From assembly GCA_963789955.1 (NCBI GenBank), contig CAWBMV010000015.1, positions 96,001 through 160,000 on the forward strand: 64,000 bases of DNA, read 5' to 3'. Position numbers and translations under genes: made by a program. Source of the stretch: an uncultured Candidatus Rokubacteria bacterium (GTDB taxonomy: Bacteria > Methylomirabilota > Methylomirabilia > Rokubacteriales > CSP1-6). Every line of letters starts with the position of its first letter. Position 1 is the first letter of the stretch. Below are positions 61,818 to 64,000 of this stretch, in pieces. Below the pieces are notes generated by a model. That model did no database searches and had not been told where the DNA came from. It worked only from the letters and a program-made list of their open reading frames with translations.

Positions 61818-63678
61818 ATGGGCGGGCGTTCGATCGAGCGCAAACTCGCCGCGATCCTCAGCGCCGACGTGGAAGGCTACAGCCGCCTCATGGGCGACGA
61901 CGAGGTGGCGACCGTCCGCGCCATCACCGAATACCGCGGGGTGATCGCCTCCACGGTCGCCGGCCACAGCGGGCGCGTCGTGGACGCCCCGGGCGACAAC
62001 GTGCTGGCCGACTTCGCGAGCGTCGTCGACGCCGTTCAGTGCGCGGTCGACATCCAGCGCGAGCTGCAGTCGCGCAACGCCGAGCTGCCGCTTTCACGGC
62101 AGATGCGCTTTCGCATCGGCATCAACCTGGGCGACGTCATCGTCGAGGGCGAGCGGCTCTACGGCGACGGCGTCAACATCGCGGCCCGCCTCGAAAGCCT
62201 GGCCGAGGGCGGCGGCATCTGCCTCTCGGGCACGGCCTACGACCAGATCGAGGGCAAGCTTCCGTTCATCTGCGAGTTCGCCGGCGAGCACACCGTCAAG
62301 AACATCGCGAGGCCGGTTCGCGTCTATCGTCTCCGTCTCGATCCGAGCGCGTCGTCCGCGCCGTCACCTCGGAGCGGCGCGCGACGGGTCCGGGGCATCG
62401 CCGCCGCGGCCGTGATCCTGTTGCTCCTCGGCGCCGGCGGCTGGGCCGGCTGGCAGCTGGCTCAGGCCGCAGGAGTCCGCGGGGCTGCCGCTGCCCGACA
62501 AGCCGTCGGTGGCCGTGCTGCCCTTCGCGAACCTGAGCCAGGACCCGACGCAGGAATATTTCAGCGACGGCGTGACCGAGGACCTGATCACCGGGCTGTC
62601 GAAGGTCTCCGGGCTGTTCGTGATCGCGCGCAACTCGGTCTTCACCTACAAGGGCAAGCCGGTGAAGGTCCGCGAGGTCGGCCGAGACCTCGGCGTGCGC
62701 TACGTCCTGGAGGGCGGGGTGCAGCGCTCCGGCAGCCGCGTGCGCATCACGGCGCAGCTCGTCGACGCCGGCACCGGATACCATATCTGGGCCGAGCGCT
62801 ACGACCGCGAGGTGACCGACATCTTCGCCCTCCAGGACGAGGTCACGCAGCAGATCGTGCGGGCCATGGCCGTGAAGCTCACCGAGGTGGAGCGCGTGCG
62901 CATCGGCCGGCCGCCTACCGGCGTGATGGAGGCCTACGATCTCGTCCTTCGCGGGCACGAAGAGCGCAGTCGCACGACGCGCGAGGGCAACGCCGAAGCG
63001 CGGCGGCTCTTCGCGAAGGCCATCGACCTCGACCCGGGCTACGCGGCGGCCTATCTCGGGTTGAGCTGGACGTATCTCCAGAGCTGGCAGTTTCTGTGGA
63101 CCGCCGACCGCGAAAGCCTCGCGCGAGCGCGCGAGCTCGCCGAGAAAGCGAGCGCGTTGAACGACAATCTGCGCGGGCGCCTGTCACGTCTCTCGGACAG
63201 GTCTATCTGTGGATGAAGGAGCACGACCGGGCGCTCGCTCAGGCGCGAGCGCGGCATCGCGCTCGCGCCGAACGACGCGGACGGCTACGAGACACTGGCC
63301 GAGGTCCTCGGCTGGTCGGGCAAGGGGGAGGAGAGCCTCGCGACGATCCGCCGCGCCATGCGTCTGAACCCGCGCTATCGCTTCTTCTATCTGTGGACCC
63401 TCGGCCACGGCTACTACCTGACCGAGCGCAGACAGGAAGCGCTCGACGCGTTCGCCAAGCTCCTGCAAGCGAATCCCAACTTCGTTCCCGCGTACGCCTA
63501 CCGCGCCGTCCTGTTCAGCGAGCTGGGGCGGATCCAAGAAGCCCGTGAGGCGTGGGGCAAGGCGAGCGAGTTGAGCCCGGGCGCCTCGATGGCGAGCCTT
63601 CGCGAGCGGATTCCCTACAAGCGGCCGGCCGATCTCGACCGTCTTCTCAGCGCCGCGCACCGCGCCGGCATGCAGTAA
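61818..63678 (+). CDS. Class III adenylate/guanylate cyclase with TolB-like and TPR domains; frameshifted
   Basis: RKLAAILSADVEGYSRLM, FRIGINLGDV, GDGVNIAARLE, AVLPFANLS, YFSDGVTEDLI, then TPR helices. Confidence 0.92.
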
Positions 63679-63711
63679 GTCCCGCGCGACTCCCGCGTAC
63701 GCGCGCAGCCC

Positions 63712-64000
63712 TCAGAAGATCGGCACGCGAGTGTTCGCGGACGTCCGATACGTCACGTCGGCGGCGAGCCGCTCGGGCTCCACGCCGGAACCGAGGAGCT
63801 CTCGTACCCCCGCCACGGCGATGGCCGTCGCGATCGCTTCGCCGGGGCATGCGTGCGGGCCGTTCCCGAACGTGAACACAAGGCGGGACGGCCGGAGCGG
63901 ATCGAATCGCGACGGCTCGGGATTCGCCATCGGATCTCGGTTGGCGGCCGCGAGGACCACCAGCACGACGTCGCCGGCCTTCATCGCGTGTCCGGCGACC
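63712..64000 (-). CDS. Cytochrome P450, C-terminal part (5' end outside the window)
   Basis: AAANRDP, P.RFDP and the heme-binding FGNGPHACPG. Confidence 0.88.
   Translation of the reverse strand, partial: VAGHAMKAGDVVLVVLAAANRDPMANPEPSRFDPLRPSRLVFTFGNGPHACPGEAIATAIAVAGVRELLGSGVEPERLAADVTYRTSANTRVPIF

Overview
High-GC bacterial chromosomal DNA. Gene content and promoter style suggest a soil organism such as Candidatus Rokubacteria/Methylomirabilota, but this is inference and was not verified. Frameshifts are dense and patchy (about 3.3-12.6 kb, 19.5-23.1 kb, 54.4-56.9 kb) and most likely reflect long-read consensus errors, so many genes below are stitched from several frames. I found no rRNA, tRNA, CRISPR array, transposase or integrase. 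Main blocks: (1) thiolase/OB-fold pair; (2) a methylated-sulfonium/betaine-type catabolic cluster with a DddP-like M24 enzyme, a DddQ/DddL-like cupin, a BHMT-like methyltransferase, a peptide-type ABC transporter and three flavin oxidoreductases; (3) sixA-ppx-ppk1; (4) a ~22 kb proteostasis/envelope block (hsp20, DUF1059, ribbon-helix-helix protein, GlsB/YeaQ proteins, GntR, ftsH, groES-groEL, class A PBP, fatty acid desaturase, cyclic beta-1,2-glucan synthase) carrying three copies of a conserved 22-bp operator-like box that links the GntR gene to ftsH and groESL; (5) transporters and an RNB nuclease; (6) a small signal-peptide-bearing leader ORF with an acidic motif and a C-terminal RAPP ribosome-arrest motif, followed by an anti-Shine-Dalgarno structure, upstream of an outer-membrane beta-barrel gene (best candidate for an undescribed system); (7) LigC/PrimPol pair, VOC-DinB fusion, nitroreductase, luciferase-like monooxygenase, class III adenylate cyclase-TPR and a truncated P450.
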